From Antedon mediterranea (lineage: Eukaryota > Animalia > Echinodermata), in NCBI RefSeq assembly GCF_964355755.1, contig NC_092673.1:9300001-9364000 (forward strand): DNA of 64,000 nt, in the 5' to 3' direction. Each line of letters opens with the position of its first letter. The stretch's first letter is position 1. The translations under genes and the position numbers were made by a program. Shown piece after piece: positions 62,707 to 64,000 of the stretch. The notes beneath the pieces were generated by a model. The model worked only from the letters and a program-made list of their open reading frames with translations. It did not search any database and had not been told where the DNA came from.

Positions 62707-63438
62707 TTTTTAGTCGCGTGGACGCAACTCTATAGTTCACTATGTCAGTCGGTCTGTCGGTCTGTCTGTCGGTCCGGTATCACTATGCGTTTTATCGCTT
62801 TCTGACCTTATCTTGATATAAGTTTAAATCAGTTTAATCTAGCTAAGTCAATTTTTCACAGTATATTCCTTATGGCCAGGAATCGATGTGGTTATGTTTT
62901 CACGGTGCGCAATAAAAAGTTACGCGGTCTACGCACGATTTAACGAAATCACGTTTGTAATCATATCTTCACAACCATGAATCACAATTAAATAAAATTT
63001 GGTACTCATAAATTTCAGGGCATAAATCATCATATGGCAATACAATTACGTGCGTAGCGCATGTAACGCAGGCGTACGCGCGCTTAACATTTTCAAAATT
63101 TATTTTCGATGAAATAAGAGTACGTTTCAGGCAATTTTAAGCGTTTACAAAATTGCCATGAGTGCACAGATGTTTGCGCGCGCACTGTGCGTTAAATGTT
63201 ATTGCGCACTCTTTTTGCCCGATTTCTGTTTTCTTGACTTACTTTTCAACTCGAAATTACGTTATACGAGCACGTCAAAAGTGACAGGCTACGCACGTGT
63301 AAATTTAAAAAATATAAATGTTTTTAAACATTTCAACATTTTTAAACATGTTCAGTAATTTCGGTCAGTTGGTAGGTTGGTCGGTCGGTCGGTAAACACT
63401 AATGAGCACACGACTGCAGCCATCTATATGGCCTTGTT
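62707..63438 (+). mobile_element. Helentron-associated (DINE-1/HINE-like) non-autonomous element; related fragment at ~57880-58240
   Basis: T-run start, subterminal IR AGTCGCGTG / CACACGACT, (GTCG/GTCT)n microsatellites, 3' hairpin GCCAT-CTAT-ATGGC followed by CTTGTTT. Confidence 0.6.
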
Positions 63439-64000
63439 TAAGTAATATATATATGCATTATTTTTACAAAAACTCAACAATTGGTTTTTTAAATTTTAAG
63501 CAAATAGGTTTCAGACACTGTACATAACATACATTTATCTGAATTTTGTATATTCTATATAAAATGTATACAAATTAATTATCTATCAAAAAAATCTGGG
63601 GTAAACTTATGGAGTAAATCAGTAAAAAAAATATGGGTGCAACTTACTCCGAAATGGCTGTTTAAGTTTATTATCTTAATCATTTACTTTTCTTTTCCAT
63701 GTCAGTGACCAATCGTTTTCTATATGTGTGTTTCCCACTTTGTTTTACTCTTGGTTGGTTCTTTACATTTTTTTTAAGGAAATAGAGATGAATGCTTTTA
63801 CAACTCATTTTGCTATGCTGTATTAATATGACCTGGTTAACTTTTACATTATCAATTTTTGAACAAATTATATTTTGCTACTCGGAGACTGCGGCAATTA
63901 ACAAACTCATAGAATAATAAATAAAGACGCATACAACATAAGTTCTGGCTTAAATAGTTTAATTAGTAAATGAACATTCACCCATGTAAAACTGCACATA

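Noticed and set aside
63779-63827. Possible terminal AK5 exon after TTTTTAAG
   Set aside because: Translation (EIEMNAFTTHFAMLY*) does not resemble an AK C-terminus; the last exon is probably outside the window.

Overview
AT-rich animal genomic DNA, probably a marine invertebrate (inferred from the transposon repertoire, not provable here); nothing prokaryotic and no CRISPR. One host gene runs on the + strand: an adenylate kinase 5-like gene (Dpy-30/RIIa-type N-terminal domain plus two AK domains). Fourteen coding exons could be read by hand from 15451 to 62198, all GT-AG and phase-compatible, and the gene probably continues past the window. Its first AK domain has a degenerate P-loop and LID (candidate pseudo-enzyme) while the second is canonical, and one 75-nt linker exon is tandemly duplicated. 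Positions 1-12.1 kb are a nested transposon stack: an Academ (XPG/Cys-rich) element carrying a 55-bp micro-TIR element and a near-intact CR1/L2-type LINE (itself hit by a 9-bp-TSD MITE), and an internally deleted P/THAP element carrying two nested Harbinger-type MITEs. The 24-kb first intron holds a non-autonomous Academ, a ~3.7-kb near-perfect palindrome with a 3-nt loop and an apparent TIR-to-TIR template switch, a hammerhead-ribozyme core, and an RTE-type LINE with a twin-priming-type 5' inversion. All coordinates were counted manually and family assignments rest on motif recognition, not database searches.
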